From assembly GCA_964566255.1 (NCBI GenBank), contig CAZMID010000001.1, positions 83,152 to 147,151 of the forward strand: a DNA stretch of 64,000 nucleotides. The letters are read 5' to 3'. Shown one piece after another: positions 1-10,000 of the stretch (position 1 is its first letter; every line of letters starts with the position of its first letter). This DNA comes from an uncultured Planctomycetia bacterium (GTDB lineage Bacteria > Omnitrophota > Gorgyraeia > Gorgyraeales > Gorgyraeaceae). The position numbers were made by a program, and so were the translations under genes. The notes below the pieces were generated by a model. The model worked only from the letters and a program-made list of their open reading frames with translations, was not told the origin of the DNA and ran no database searches.

Positions 1-1
1 A

Positions 2-895
2 GAGAACTGTTCTGGCCTTAGGATATATATTTTGATTTTTTAAGCGCTTATTAATTTCTTCAATAAGATTATTAACAATCTTGGCGGTCAATTGTGCTGA
101 TTCTGTTTCAACTGTAGGTTCGACCTTCCATGGCTTTTCACCATTTGAACCTGGATCAGAATCAGTTATATCGCTAGACAAGTCTTTACCTTTCAACACC
201 ACTGCCAGACGATGTTCCTTTGATGAATGGACTTCAACATTTACGCCATCTATTGTGATATCAGAAAGGCACTTTTTCACAAGCTTATTATTAATATCCG
301 TAGGAACACGTCCAGCTCTACGATCTGTAACAACATTTTCTTTATTAATGGTTGCAAAGTTACCTCTTACAATTATATCACCAGCTTCTAACTCAACGCC
401 TGATCCCAATGCCTCAAGAATTCCACGACCTGGTGTAAATCTATCCTGATTAGAGCCAAACATAGAAAAATGACCTGCACCACTACCTGGAACCACTCCA
501 CTAGAAATCACAGTCGCACTACCAAGAGCAGCCCCTTTGTTTATTAAATTATCTAAATTAGGATGATTAGCTATCTCGAGTTCTGTGCCACCATGCTCTT
601 CCACATGAACCCCTGAAACACCATCTATCACTAAAAATATAATCTTAGAAGGAGTTCTCTTAGAAGTTCGACTCATTCTATATAATTGAATATCCTCTGG
701 TGTTATAATAACAGGTATTGGTAATTGTGAATCACTTTTAGCCATCGCTTTTTCTGTGTCTTCTAGTCTATATTTATCTATCATAGGAACTCGAAGATGA
801 AAAACGTCAGATGTATAAGCATTGGTAGGCAGAAAAATTGCTAGGATAAGTAAACTAATTAATCTAATTATCAATGGTTTTTTAACTTTCAACAT
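2..895 (-). CDS. apgM: ApgM-type 2,3-bisphosphoglycerate-independent phosphoglycerate mutase with N-terminal signal-peptide-like extension (partial, runs off window start)
   Basis: Not in the ORF track; translated by hand from ATG at 895: MLKVKKPLIIRLISLLILAIFLPTNAYTSDVFHLRVPM...KIIFLVIDGVSG...TELEIANHPNLDNL...VPGSGAGHFSMFG...PGRGILEALGSGVELEAGDIIVRGNFAT...VVTDRRAGR. These are the hallmark ApgM motifs, including the PGS catalytic serine. Confidence 0.88.
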   Translation of the reverse strand, partial: MLKVKKPLIIRLISLLILAIFLPTNAYTSDVFHLRVPMIDKYRLEDTEKAMAKSDSQLPIPVIITPEDIQLYRMSRTSKRTPSKIIFLVIDGVSGVHVEEHGGTELEIANHPNLDNLINKGAALGSATVISSGVVPGSGAGHFSMFGSNQDRFTPGRGILEALGSGVELEAGDIIVRGNFATINKENVVTDRRAGRVPTDINNKLVKKCLSDITIDGVNVEVHSSKEHRLAVVLKGKDLSSDITDSDPGSNGEKPWKVEPTVETESAQLTAKIVNNLIEEINKRLKNQNIYPKARTVL

Positions 896-965
896 AATGT
901 AGATAAAAAATAACCCCTGTCATTAGGATTTAGTTGATATTTTTTTAACACTTATTTATGAAAAG

Positions 966-995
966 ATTATAACACATTTATAGGTACACTGTAAA
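966..995 (-). promoter_or_regulatory. Putative sigma70 promoter for apgM
   Basis: Minus strand TTTACA-18nt-TATAAT with extended -10 TG (tgtTATAAT). Confidence 0.45.
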
Positions 996-1014
996 GCACT
1001 TTTATCTATTGATT

Positions 1015-2100
1015 TTACATGCCAAATGAAGTACCGACAGCGATGGCAGATTTGATAATAGGGTCTTTTGGTGAAACATGCCTAATAGCCTTGACTGCAT
1101 CCTTTAAATCTACTGCTTTTATTTCCCTACCTTTTAAGGCAGCCATTTTACCAAATTCATTCCTTACTACTAAATCACAGGCAAATGTGCCTAAACGAGT
1201 TGCAAGTAACCTATCAAATGGAGATGGATTTCCACCCCTTTGAAGATGACCTAAAACAGTTACCCTTGTCTCAAGACCAGTACATTGTTCAATATCATTT
1301 GCTATTTTATTTCCTATGCCTCCTAAGCGAATAGGATCGGTAGAATCTTTGACTACTCTTTTTACAATCATTTTGCCACCTTTTGGCTTTGCACCTTCTG
1401 ATATTACTACAATACTGAATCTTTTGCCTTTTTTGTTTCTTTCTCTAACCCTCTGACAGACCTTTTTAATATCATACGGGATTTCAGGGATTATAATTAT
1501 ATCTCCACCACCTGCTATACCTGAATAAAGAGCAAGCCAGCCTGCATATCTACCCATTACCTCTATTACCATTACCCTATGGTGAGATTGAGCAGTAGTA
1601 TGAAGTTTATCTATAGCCTCTGTAGCGGTCAGTACTGCAGAATCAAAACCAATGGTCACATCAGTAGCCATCAAATCATTATCTATGGTCTTTGGAACTC
1701 CAACTAGATTCAAACCTTTTTTATATAATTTATAAGCGATATTAAGACTACCATCCCCTCCTATACACACAAGGCCGTCTAACTCCATCATATCAATATT
1801 TTTTAAGACAGTACTAGATACATCTCTGAATTTACCAGAAGGTGAAGGATGCCTAAAAGGATTTGCCTTATTTGATGAACCTAAAAGAGTGCCTCCTTCT
1901 GTCAGGATACCTGAGACATCTCTATAAGATAAGTCGATATATCTATTTTCTATAAGACCGAGATATCCATCCTTTATACCTATAACATCCATGTCATAAT
2001 TAAGGATGGCTGTTTTGGCAACACCTCTTATGGCGGCATTAAGTCCTGGACAATCCCCTCCTCCTGTAAAAACGCCTATCCTTTTTTTATTTTCTGGCAT
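1015..2100 (-). CDS. pfkA: 6-phosphofructokinase (PfkA family, probably ATP-dependent)
   Basis: TGGGDCPGLNA, IGGDGS, PKTIDND, EVMGR, LGHLQRGG motifs. Confidence 0.95.
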   Translation of the reverse strand: MPENKKRIGVFTGGGDCPGLNAAIRGVAKTAILNYDMDVIGIKDGYLGLIENRYIDLSYRDVSGILTEGGTLLGSSNKANPFRHPSPSGKFRDVSSTVLKNIDMMELDGLVCIGGDGSLNIAYKLYKKGLNLVGVPKTIDNDLMATDVTIGFDSAVLTATEAIDKLHTTAQSHHRVMVIEVMGRYAGWLALYSGIAGGGDIIIIPEIPYDIKKVCQRVRERNKKGKRFSIVVISEGAKPKGGKMIVKRVVKDSTDPIRLGGIGNKIANDIEQCTGLETRVTVLGHLQRGGNPSPFDRLLATRLGTFACDLVVRNEFGKMAALKGREIKAVDLKDAVKAIRHVSPKDPIIKSAIAVGTSFGM

Positions 2101-2155
2101 GACGTTTTCCTTTTCTCTTCTTTTTTTGCTTTGCTCTACGAGTTCTGCGTGTCAT
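2087..2155 (-). CDS. 22-aa Arg/Lys-rich small protein MTRRTRRAKQKKKRKGKRHARK
   Basis: Strong SD AAAGGAGG 5 nt upstream of ATG at 2155; TAA stop overlaps the first codons of pfkA; fills the gap between the nuclease gene and pfkA. Confidence 0.6.
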   Translation of the reverse strand: MTRRTRRAKQKKKRKGKRHARK

Positions 2156-2183
2156 TTATGCCTCCTTTGTTCAATTTCAGTTA

Positions 2184-2996
2184 TTATAAAATCTCTAATT
2201 GCGAAGGATGATTAACTATTATCTCTGAGGAACCCTTATACTTTTTTATTATACCATATACCTTGATAGTCTTGTACTTAAAATAAGTATCTGGTGACCG
2301 TGAAACCGTCTTCGGAAAATACCTTAAATTATTCTTAAATATAGCAACTTTAAAATTATTCTTACAGTTTAATATCAATACCTTATCCGAAAGATACGTA
2401 TTAGTAACATTAGCCTCTACCATCTTTATAAAACCGATGTTTTCCTTGGCTTTAGAACTAGATATTATTCCCTTTTCTAAATCACGCCATAATCCCTCTT
2501 TATTTTCTCTTGCAAAACGCTGGGCTTTCAAAAATTCCTCTACATATTTTACATTCGGAGGAAAGGTATATATCATTGCATAACCCTTTTTAATCATTTC
2601 AAGATTAATCATCTTATCTTCAACATATACATATGCTAGAAGACGGTTATATTTATCTTTTTTTTGGACATCAAACTCTAGTCTTATTTTCTTTCCTCCT
2701 ACAAGCTTCCTATTGAATTCCATTGCCTCTTTCCCATAAGGCCTTGGATTGTAACTCCATGTAGATCCAATCTTATCATGTACCTCAGGAGTGTCTATAC
2801 CTATATACCTTAGCATTTGTCCATTTGAAAGCTCTACAGTATCTCCGTCTATTACCCGTAAAACATATAGCTCCTTTTTGAAATCCCTCGTTACTGCTGA
2901 TGGTGCTTGCAAAAATCTTGATATTGAAAATAAAATAGCTATAGAGGCTATTATTAAAACTGATATGGTTTTATTTTTAATTAATTTTCGTTTCAT
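2184..2996 (-). CDS. Thermonuclease (SNase family) with N-terminal membrane anchor and C-terminal OB-like domain
   Basis: VIDGDT, RYIGIDTPE, DKYNRLLAYVY, AQRFARENKEGLW motifs; hydrophobic N-terminus. Confidence 0.9.
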   Translation of the reverse strand: MKRKLIKNKTISVLIIASIAILFSISRFLQAPSAVTRDFKKELYVLRVIDGDTVELSNGQMLRYIGIDTPEVHDKIGSTWSYNPRPYGKEAMEFNRKLVGGKKIRLEFDVQKKDKYNRLLAYVYVEDKMINLEMIKKGYAMIYTFPPNVKYVEEFLKAQRFARENKEGLWRDLEKGIISSSKAKENIGFIKMVEANVTNTYLSDKVLILNCKNNFKVAIFKNNLRYFPKTVSRSPDTYFKYKTIKVYGIIKKYKGSSEIIVNHPSQLEIL

Positions 2997-4948
2997 TTTA
3001 ACATCAGAGGGTTATAATTATACTTTGCAAATATTGTATAAGTAGTACCGGCCGTAGAACCGGTCCTAGAACCTCCTGTCACCCTCCATCCGTGACCAGT
3101 ATCTACATCATCCTGACTGGCATAAGGCAAACACCCCTCACCCTGCCCAAGTCTAGAAGGGCTTGAGATTACCATTTTTTCTAACTCAGATAGATAAAAA
3201 TTTCTCTTTCTTTTATAAAAATTTGCTTTTTGAAAATCGTCTTTATTTTTATGATAATCCACCATAATTTCAAATGCAACTACCATTTGAGCAGTCCATT
3301 CTGTAGATATAATCCCCCCTCGCGCCAAATGAGCATGTTTTCCAAAATCAAAACCAGTAATCTTGAGGTGTTTGCCGTCGGGCCGCATATAGTCAACTGT
3401 AACAAGGCAGTTTTCTTCTGCAAAGTTTATAATCTCATCAGGATCCATACCTGACTTATTTAAAACTTCAGGTCCAAGTGCTGCAATGGCCCAGGCAAAT
3501 GTATCTGTAGCAATAGTAGCATCGCCCTTGCCCCTATTTATCCTTCCGCCACTATTACTAAAGGCGTATTTTTTTAGCCACTTGAGTGTCTTTCCTTGGG
3601 CATCTGAATATTTTGCTTCTTTTGTGATTTTATAAAACATGTCGAAAAACGCAAATGCATCCAAATTATGCTCTGTACTAAACCAATCAACTCCAGGACC
3701 TCCTTTTATCCCAAAATCCCTATCTTTTCCCTGCAATAAAATAAGCCAATTACCTATATCCTCTGCAATACTTAGATATTGCCTGTCCTTAAACTTATTA
3801 GTATATTGAAGCACTGCTATCCCAAGCCATATGTTAGGGCCTGCGTGAACATTGTATTCTAAAACACTGCCAGTATGGGCATCGTAAGCATTCGTAAACC
3901 CTCCATCTATCTTCTTGGCCCTTTTTTTATAAAAATTAAATATCTCCTGGGCATTATTTCTATCTCCCATCAAAGTAAAACATTGGCTCGCAAGAGATTG
4001 ATCATAGGTAAAACTCCAATCTTCGAGTTCCTTATCACCCTCATAACTTACCACTAAACCAGAATGTCTATTCTGGTGATTCTTTATCCATTTATACATA
4101 CTAGAGATACCCCTTTCCTCTACCTCTTCAAAAGAAGGTAAGAGCTCTTTTAATTTATCTTCTACTGAAGTTGTATCTTTTGACAGTTCAGATATTCTAT
4201 CCTTTAAATATTCAGTCTCTTCTGATAAACTAACCACCTCTTCAGAAAGCCTTACCTTTTCAGAAAGCGCATCTTTAAGCTTATCCTCTTTTAAATCAAT
4301 AATCAGTATCTCCAATTCATCAAGCCTCTTTTTGTATTCTCCGATCTTTTTTTCTTTTTCCAAAAGCGTTTTTTCTTTTCCCCTGCGCTCGGCATAAAAT
4401 CTAAAAATATCATTTTCAAGTTCGGATTTTATACCTGAAAGATCAACTAACTCCCTAATCAATAATCTATTTTCCCTTCTCAATTTAAAATCTACTGAAG
4501 AAAAATACACAATCCCTAAGGCCAAAAATAAAACTAAAACTGCGATAAATTTAGGTGCTAAAGAAATCCTCCTTGCATAAAAATAAATCCTTATTTGGTC
4601 TCTTGGATCTATCTGTAAGAATGAAAGCCCAATAAGATATTTATTTGGATGGCCTTCTATCTTTTCATACCAAACAATATTAGCTACGGCCTTTGTTTCT
4701 TTGCGGTCTAATGGAATATGTATACAAAGGTTTAATCTGGTCTTTCCCTGCTTCAAACTCTCTTCAAAAGTAGCATCTACATCGTTAAGCTCTAAACAGA
4801 TCCCACCCTTAGCAACATTCCTTGTAAAACCCTGCTTCATATTACCAAGAGGTACGCCTGTTACATCATCTAAAAACTGAAACTCTACAGGAAATGCTAC
4901 GTTTAGTCTTATATAGTTTCTACGCTCAATTTCTTGAAGTTGCAACAT
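2993..4948 (-). CDS. PilZ domain - TM - coiled coil - putative six-hairpin glycosidase-like domain protein
   Basis: N-terminal ERRNYIR (RxxxR) and NVAKGG (D/NxSxxG-like) PilZ motifs; one TM (FIAVLVLFLALGIVYF); Glu/Lys coiled coil; C-terminal helical domain with FTYDQSLA, STEHNLDA, DTFAW and STEWTAQ motifs resembling (alpha/alpha)6 glycosidase folds. Confidence 0.7.
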   Translation of the reverse strand: MLQLQEIERRNYIRLNVAFPVEFQFLDDVTGVPLGNMKQGFTRNVAKGGICLELNDVDATFEESLKQGKTRLNLCIHIPLDRKETKAVANIVWYEKIEGHPNKYLIGLSFLQIDPRDQIRIYFYARRISLAPKFIAVLVLFLALGIVYFSSVDFKLRRENRLLIRELVDLSGIKSELENDIFRFYAERRGKEKTLLEKEKKIGEYKKRLDELEILIIDLKEDKLKDALSEKVRLSEEVVSLSEETEYLKDRISELSKDTTSVEDKLKELLPSFEEVEERGISSMYKWIKNHQNRHSGLVVSYEGDKELEDWSFTYDQSLASQCFTLMGDRNNAQEIFNFYKKRAKKIDGGFTNAYDAHTGSVLEYNVHAGPNIWLGIAVLQYTNKFKDRQYLSIAEDIGNWLILLQGKDRDFGIKGGPGVDWFSTEHNLDAFAFFDMFYKITKEAKYSDAQGKTLKWLKKYAFSNSGGRINRGKGDATIATDTFAWAIAALGPEVLNKSGMDPDEIINFAEENCLVTVDYMRPDGKHLKITGFDFGKHAHLARGGIISTEWTAQMVVAFEIMVDYHKNKDDFQKANFYKRKRNFYLSELEKMVISSPSRLGQGEGCLPYASQDDVDTGHGWRVTGGSRTGSTAGTTYTIFAKYNYNPLMLK

Positions 4949-4979
4949 AACACTCTCCCTTTATCTTTAGGTCTATCAT

Positions 4980-5007
4980 AGTATATCACAAAACCTTTCT
5001 GCTTCAA
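4980..5007 (-). promoter_or_regulatory. Putative sigma70 promoter for the PilZ/nuclease/pfkA run
   Basis: Minus strand TTGAAG-16nt-TATACT with TG extension. Confidence 0.4.
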
Positions 5008-5014
5008 GGGGGAC

Positions 5015-5043
5015 TTGACAAAGATAGTTTTGTATGCTAATAT
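5015..5043 (+). promoter_or_regulatory. Sigma70 promoter for marR-tolC-RND operon
   Basis: TTGACA (5015-5020), 17 nt spacer, TAATAT (5038-5043) preceded by TG. Confidence 0.6.
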
Positions 5044-5044
5044 T

Positions 5045-5075
5045 TAGTTAAACTAACTATTAGGCTGGCTAACTA
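5045..5075. promoter_or_regulatory. Putative MarR operator (tandem inverted repeats)
   Basis: TAGTTA-aac-TAACTA at 5045-5059, just downstream of the -10 box, plus a degenerate copy TAGGCT-ggc-TAACTA at 5061-5075; typical position for MarR autorepression. Confidence 0.6.
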
Positions 5076-5114
5076 ATATAAAAGGTAGGTTTTTGACCTA
5101 CCAAGGGAGGCCTC

Positions 5115-5558
5115 ATGGCCACCATAGACCAAATAACCCATGAAATCTCTATTATGATCCCCAAGCTCATGAAGGGTGCAAAGAGTGACTTTCTTTCAAA
5201 AAGTAATATTACCAATGCCCAGATGATAATGCTTGCCTCAATACATGACTATAACGAATGTAATATTAAAACTCTAGCTAGACAACGGGGTATCTCCCCT
5301 CCTACTGCTACAGGCCTGGTAGATAGGCTCGTAAGGACTGGATATGTAAAAAGATCTACTATCCCGGAAGATAGACGCGTCGTAATAGTATCTCTTACAA
5401 AAAAAGGTGAAAATATAGTCCAGAGTTTTTTGGTTACAGTAAAGAATAGGTGGAAAAATATCCTTACAGAACTTACACCTGAAGAACAAGAGGAATATCT
5501 CAATATACTAAAAAAGATTGTAGCTATCTTGTCAGAAAAAGAAGGTCAATTTAAATGA
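5115..5558 (+). CDS. MarR family transcriptional regulator
   Basis: wHTH with ISPPTATGLVDRLV and EDRRVVIVSLT motifs; SD AAGGGAGG. Confidence 0.93.
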   Translation: MATIDQITHEISIMIPKLMKGAKSDFLSKSNITNAQMIMLASIHDYNECNIKTLARQRGISPPTATGLVDRLVRTGYVKRSTIPEDRRVVIVSLTKKGENIVQSFLVTVKNRWKNILTELTPEEQEEYLNILKKIVAILSEKEGQFK

Positions 5559-7021
5559 AGCTCTTATTAAGTATATTTATAATAATAAATATTATATTCA
5601 CACCTTATAAAGAGGTCTTTTCTCAAGAGACAGGACAGGCAAAAACTCTATTTCTATCAGTCGACGGTGTCAGGTTAATTGCCATAAATAATAATCTGGA
5701 TGTAAAGCTCGCACAAATCGATTCAAAGATAAAAGGAACTGAACTTAGCTATAAAGAAGCAGTATTTGATGCACTTTTAAAGGCTGAAATAAATTACACA
5801 AGAGATGAAACTAAAAGTGTTTCTTCTCTAGCTGGCTCAAAAACTCTTACAAATAACTATGATATAAGTATTGATAAAAAGTTAAGAACTGGAACTGATG
5901 TAAGCGTAGATTTTACCAATAAAAGAGAATGGTCAGATTCAGCCTATGTATCAACCAACCCTTATCATGACTCCCAGATAGAAATAAATGTCACCCAACC
6001 TATAGCCAAGAATTTCTTTGGGTTGATTGATCGTGGAAATATAGAAATAATCAAATGGGAAATAAAAAATACTGAATTAGATTCTTATATAAAAATCGAG
6101 GATGCTATTATCCTCGCTGAAAGGTCTTATTGGAAACTAGTATTGGCACAAGAAGATTTTAAGATAAAAAAAGATATGTTGAAAAAATCAATCCGTCTAT
6201 TCAACCAACACCGCAGAAAATTAAAGATAGGTTTGGTTGAAACCGGTGAAGCCTTAGCAGCTGAGGCAAATATGCACCTAAGAGAAAGTGAACTCCTATT
6301 AGCTTCAAATGAGGTATCTTCAACTGAAGAACTCTTAAGGCTTAGACTTAATCTCGATAATAAAACCAGACTATTTCCTACTGATCCCCTCTCGGTTGCA
6401 GATCTTAATACCAACTTCATAGAAAGTTTAAATATTGCTTTCAAAAATAGACGTGATTATACTTCTAAAAAGAATGATATAGAATCAAAAAATATAAACC
6501 TGGAAATGAAAACTAACTCCCTCTTTCCCGAGATAGATCTAACAGCTACCTTTTCATCGAATGGCATAGATTCCACTTATCATGGAGCTATTGAAGATAT
6601 ATTTACAGATTCAAATCCTGAGTATTCTATAGGAATAGAATTTTCATTCCCACTTGAAAACAATGAAGCCGAAAGCGAACGCGAAAAAGCAAGATTACAA
6701 AAGAAAAAAGCAATTATAAATCTACAAAAGACCGAAAGACAAATCGTTTCAGATGTCGACGAGAAATTCAGAAAAATGTCTATTGATAAGACTAATTTAA
6801 AGAAGATGGAACGCATAGAAAACCTCCAAAAAGGAAAACTTAACCAGGAAGAAAAAAGATTTAAATATGGGAGGTCTAATTCTGATACCTTAATACGATA
6901 CCAAGAAGATCTATTAAACGCACAGCTTATGAAACAAAAGGCCTACTTTGATTACAAGGTTTCTATTTTAGACCTAATGGGTGCAGAAGATACATTTTTA
7001 AAATACACGGGATTAGAATAG
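5555..7021 (+). CDS. TolC family outer membrane efflux protein
   Basis: Signal peptide; AINNNLDV, LFPEIDL, FSFPLEN, EEKRFKYGRS repeats typical of the OEP family; overlaps marR stop. Confidence 0.88.
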   Translation: MKLLLSIFIIINIIFTPYKEVFSQETGQAKTLFLSVDGVRLIAINNNLDVKLAQIDSKIKGTELSYKEAVFDALLKAEINYTRDETKSVSSLAGSKTLTNNYDISIDKKLRTGTDVSVDFTNKREWSDSAYVSTNPYHDSQIEINVTQPIAKNFFGLIDRGNIEIIKWEIKNTELDSYIKIEDAIILAERSYWKLVLAQEDFKIKKDMLKKSIRLFNQHRRKLKIGLVETGEALAAEANMHLRESELLLASNEVSSTEELLRLRLNLDNKTRLFPTDPLSVADLNTNFIESLNIAFKNRRDYTSKKNDIESKNINLEMKTNSLFPEIDLTATFSSNGIDSTYHGAIEDIFTDSNPEYSIGIEFSFPLENNEAESEREKARLQKKKAIINLQKTERQIVSDVDEKFRKMSIDKTNLKKMERIENLQKGKLNQEEKRFKYGRSNSDTLIRYQEDLLNAQLMKQKAYFDYKVSILDLMGAEDTFLKYTGLE

Positions 7022-7034
7022 TTAAGGAGTTGGT

Positions 7035-10000
7035 ATGAGTTTACCGCGATTTAGCGTCAATCAATCACTTTTTGTTAATCTGATTTCAGTTATCATCATC
7101 ATAATCGGATTAATAGTTGTATTTGGCATGAATAGGGAAATCTTTCCAAATGTTGATTTTGATGTAGTAAGCGTCAGCACTATTTATCCAGGCGCAACCC
7201 CATTAGATGTTGAAAAACTCATTACTGTACCTATAGAAAAAGAGCTCAAAGAGGTGGATGGTATAAAAGAAATACGCTCCTCTTCTTCTCAGGGGGCATC
7301 TTTTATAACTATTGAACTTGATCCAGATGAAAAAGATAAGAAAAAAATAATAAATGACATAAAAAGCGCTGTAGATAGAGTAAAAGATCTTCCTAGGGAT
7401 ATAAATGAAGATCCTATAGTTATAGAAATCTCTACCAAACAATATCCTGTAATAGAAGTCTCTCTTTCGGGAGATATGACTGAGGCAAAGTTACAAGCCT
7501 ATGCAGATGCATTAGAAGATCAGCTTGAAGATGCATATGGCGTTGCAAAAATAGAAAAATCTGGCTACAGGGATAGAGAAATCCAGGTTCATGTCGACCC
7601 TAAAAAGATGCGAGATAAATATGTATCATTCGATGAAATCGAAGAAGCACTTTCTTCTAGAAATGTCAGCATACCTGCAGGTGAAATAAATACTAAAAAC
7701 ACTGAATATAGCATTCGTACAACCGGTGAATTCTCGACGGCAAAAGAGGTAGAAAATATAATCATAAGGGCAAACGACGTAGGTAACTGGTTAAGGATTA
7801 AAGACGTTGCGGAGGTAAAAGATTCTTTTAAGAAAGAAGACATAATCTATAAAACACTTGGTACTCGTTCAATAAACTTATTGGTAAAGAAAAAAGGGTC
7901 AGGAGATGCAATAAGAATTGTAGATGAAATCAAAAAAGTCTGCGATCAATTCTTAGAAAATTGCCCTGATAAACTTGAAATTTCCTATGTAAATGACTAT
8001 TCCTTCTTTGCAAGAAGAAGGCTTAATGTACTAAAAAATAATGGGTGGGCAAGTTTAATATTAATAACTATTGCAATGCTGTTATTTTTACAACGCCGCG
8101 TTGCTTTTATGACAATTCTGGGTATCCCCATAGCATTCCTTGCTACCTTCGTAATAATGAACATGATGGGGATCACTATAAATCTTATCAGTATGTTCGG
8201 GCTCATAATAGTCTTGGGTATGCTTGTAGATGATGGGATCATAGTAGCTGAAAATTCATATCGCTATTTGGAAGAAGGTCTACCTCCCAGAAAAGCTGCT
8301 ATCAAAGGTACTGAGGAAGTAATGAGGGCGGTTACAACTGCTGTTTTTACGACAATAGCTGCATTTTCACCATTACTTTTCATGACAGGTATTATAGGTA
8401 AATTCATAAGAAATATCCCTACTGTCTTAATTATTGCTCTTTTGGCCTCCCTTGGAGAAGCCCTCATAATATTACCCAGTCATTTGACTGACTTTGTAAA
8501 AATGAAATATGACTCTCAAGGAAAACCCATGGGTCTAGTAAAAGACATGCCATGGTTTAAGGCTATTGTAAGGTTTTACGGAAAAATAGTAACTGGTGCG
8601 ATTAGAAGAAAATACAAAGTTGTTGCTGGATTTACACTAATACTTTTAGTATGCGCGTTTCTTGCATTCAATGTAATAAAATTCATACTTTTTCCACCTG
8701 CAGGGATTAATTTCTTTTTCATAAGGGCTGAGGCGCCCATAGGAACACCTCTTGAGAAGACAAATGAACTTATACTTCCTGTAGAAAAAATAGTATCCAA
8801 GATTCCCAAAGAAGATATGGATACTTTTGTAACTTCTGTAGGAGAGATTTCTGAAGATCGTCATGATCCTTTTGCAGGACAAGCAAGCCACCTTGTACAA
8901 ACAACAGTATACTTGCCACCTGAGGCGGATAGAAAAAGAAATGCCGACGATATAATAGATGATATACGAGAAGATATAGAAAAAGTAAAAGGCTTTACAG
9001 ATATAAGGTTTGATAGGGCTGAATCCGGTCCACCCGTAGGAAAAGCAGTAGAGGCTAAAATAAGAGGAGAAAATTTTGAAACACTTGATGTTATTGCAAA
9101 AGAATATATGGACTACTTAAAAACAATAGACGGAACAACTGATATAGCATGGGACCACAAGCCTGGAAAAGAAGAAATACGCATAAAAGTTGACAATGAT
9201 AAAGCTACTCTTTCTGGCCTTAATGTATCTCGAATAGCAAAGACTGTAAGAAGTGTCTTTGAAGGAAGTATTGCCACCAAGATAAAACCTGTTAAAGCCG
9301 AAGAAGAAACCGATGTTACTGTAATGTTTCCTGAGGAATCATCAGGAGATATTAATATTTTTAAGAATATACTCATACGCAATAAATTCGGCAACCTCAT
9401 ACCTCTTAAAAACGTAGCTTCTATAGAAAAAGTTCCTGGCACTACAACAATTCATCATTTAGATGGAAAACGTGTCGTAACTGCTTCAGCCAATGTAGAC
9501 ACAGATAAAATAACCTCTCTAAAAGTAAATAACTTGCTAGAAAAAAAGTTTAAGGATATTTCCCGTAAACACATGGGTTACTCTGTTAAATATGGAGGTG
9601 AACACGAAGAAAGTATGGACTCACTAATAAGTCTCCTAAAGGCTTTCTTCTATGCATTCCTTATAATATATTTAATACTCGCTTCTTCTTTTAAATCCTT
9701 GATCCAACCTCTCATTATAATGCTTGCCATTCCCTTTGGGCTTATCGGTGTAGTTATTGCCTTTCTTGTGCATGGACTTCCTTTATCTTTCATGGCTATC
9801 CTTGGAATAGTTGGTTTAAATGGAATTGTCGTAAATGATTCTATTGTACTTGTGGATTTTATAAATAAATTACGTCGTGAAGGAATAGACAGGCGCAGTT
9901 CAATAATAAAAGCCGGTCAGATGAGGTTAAGACCAGTACTTTTAACTACTATTACTACAGTAGGTGGACTATCAACTGTTGCTTATGGAATAGGCGGTAA

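Noticed and set aside
81-449. Plus-strand 122-aa ORF in the track
   Set aside because: Antisense shadow of the minus-strand apgM frame, which has clear family motifs.
5084-5102. Hairpin GGTAGGT-ttttg-ACCTACC before the marR SD as riboswitch or terminator
   Set aside because: Only a 7-bp stem with no U-tract and no aptamer features; at most a 5' UTR stabiliser.
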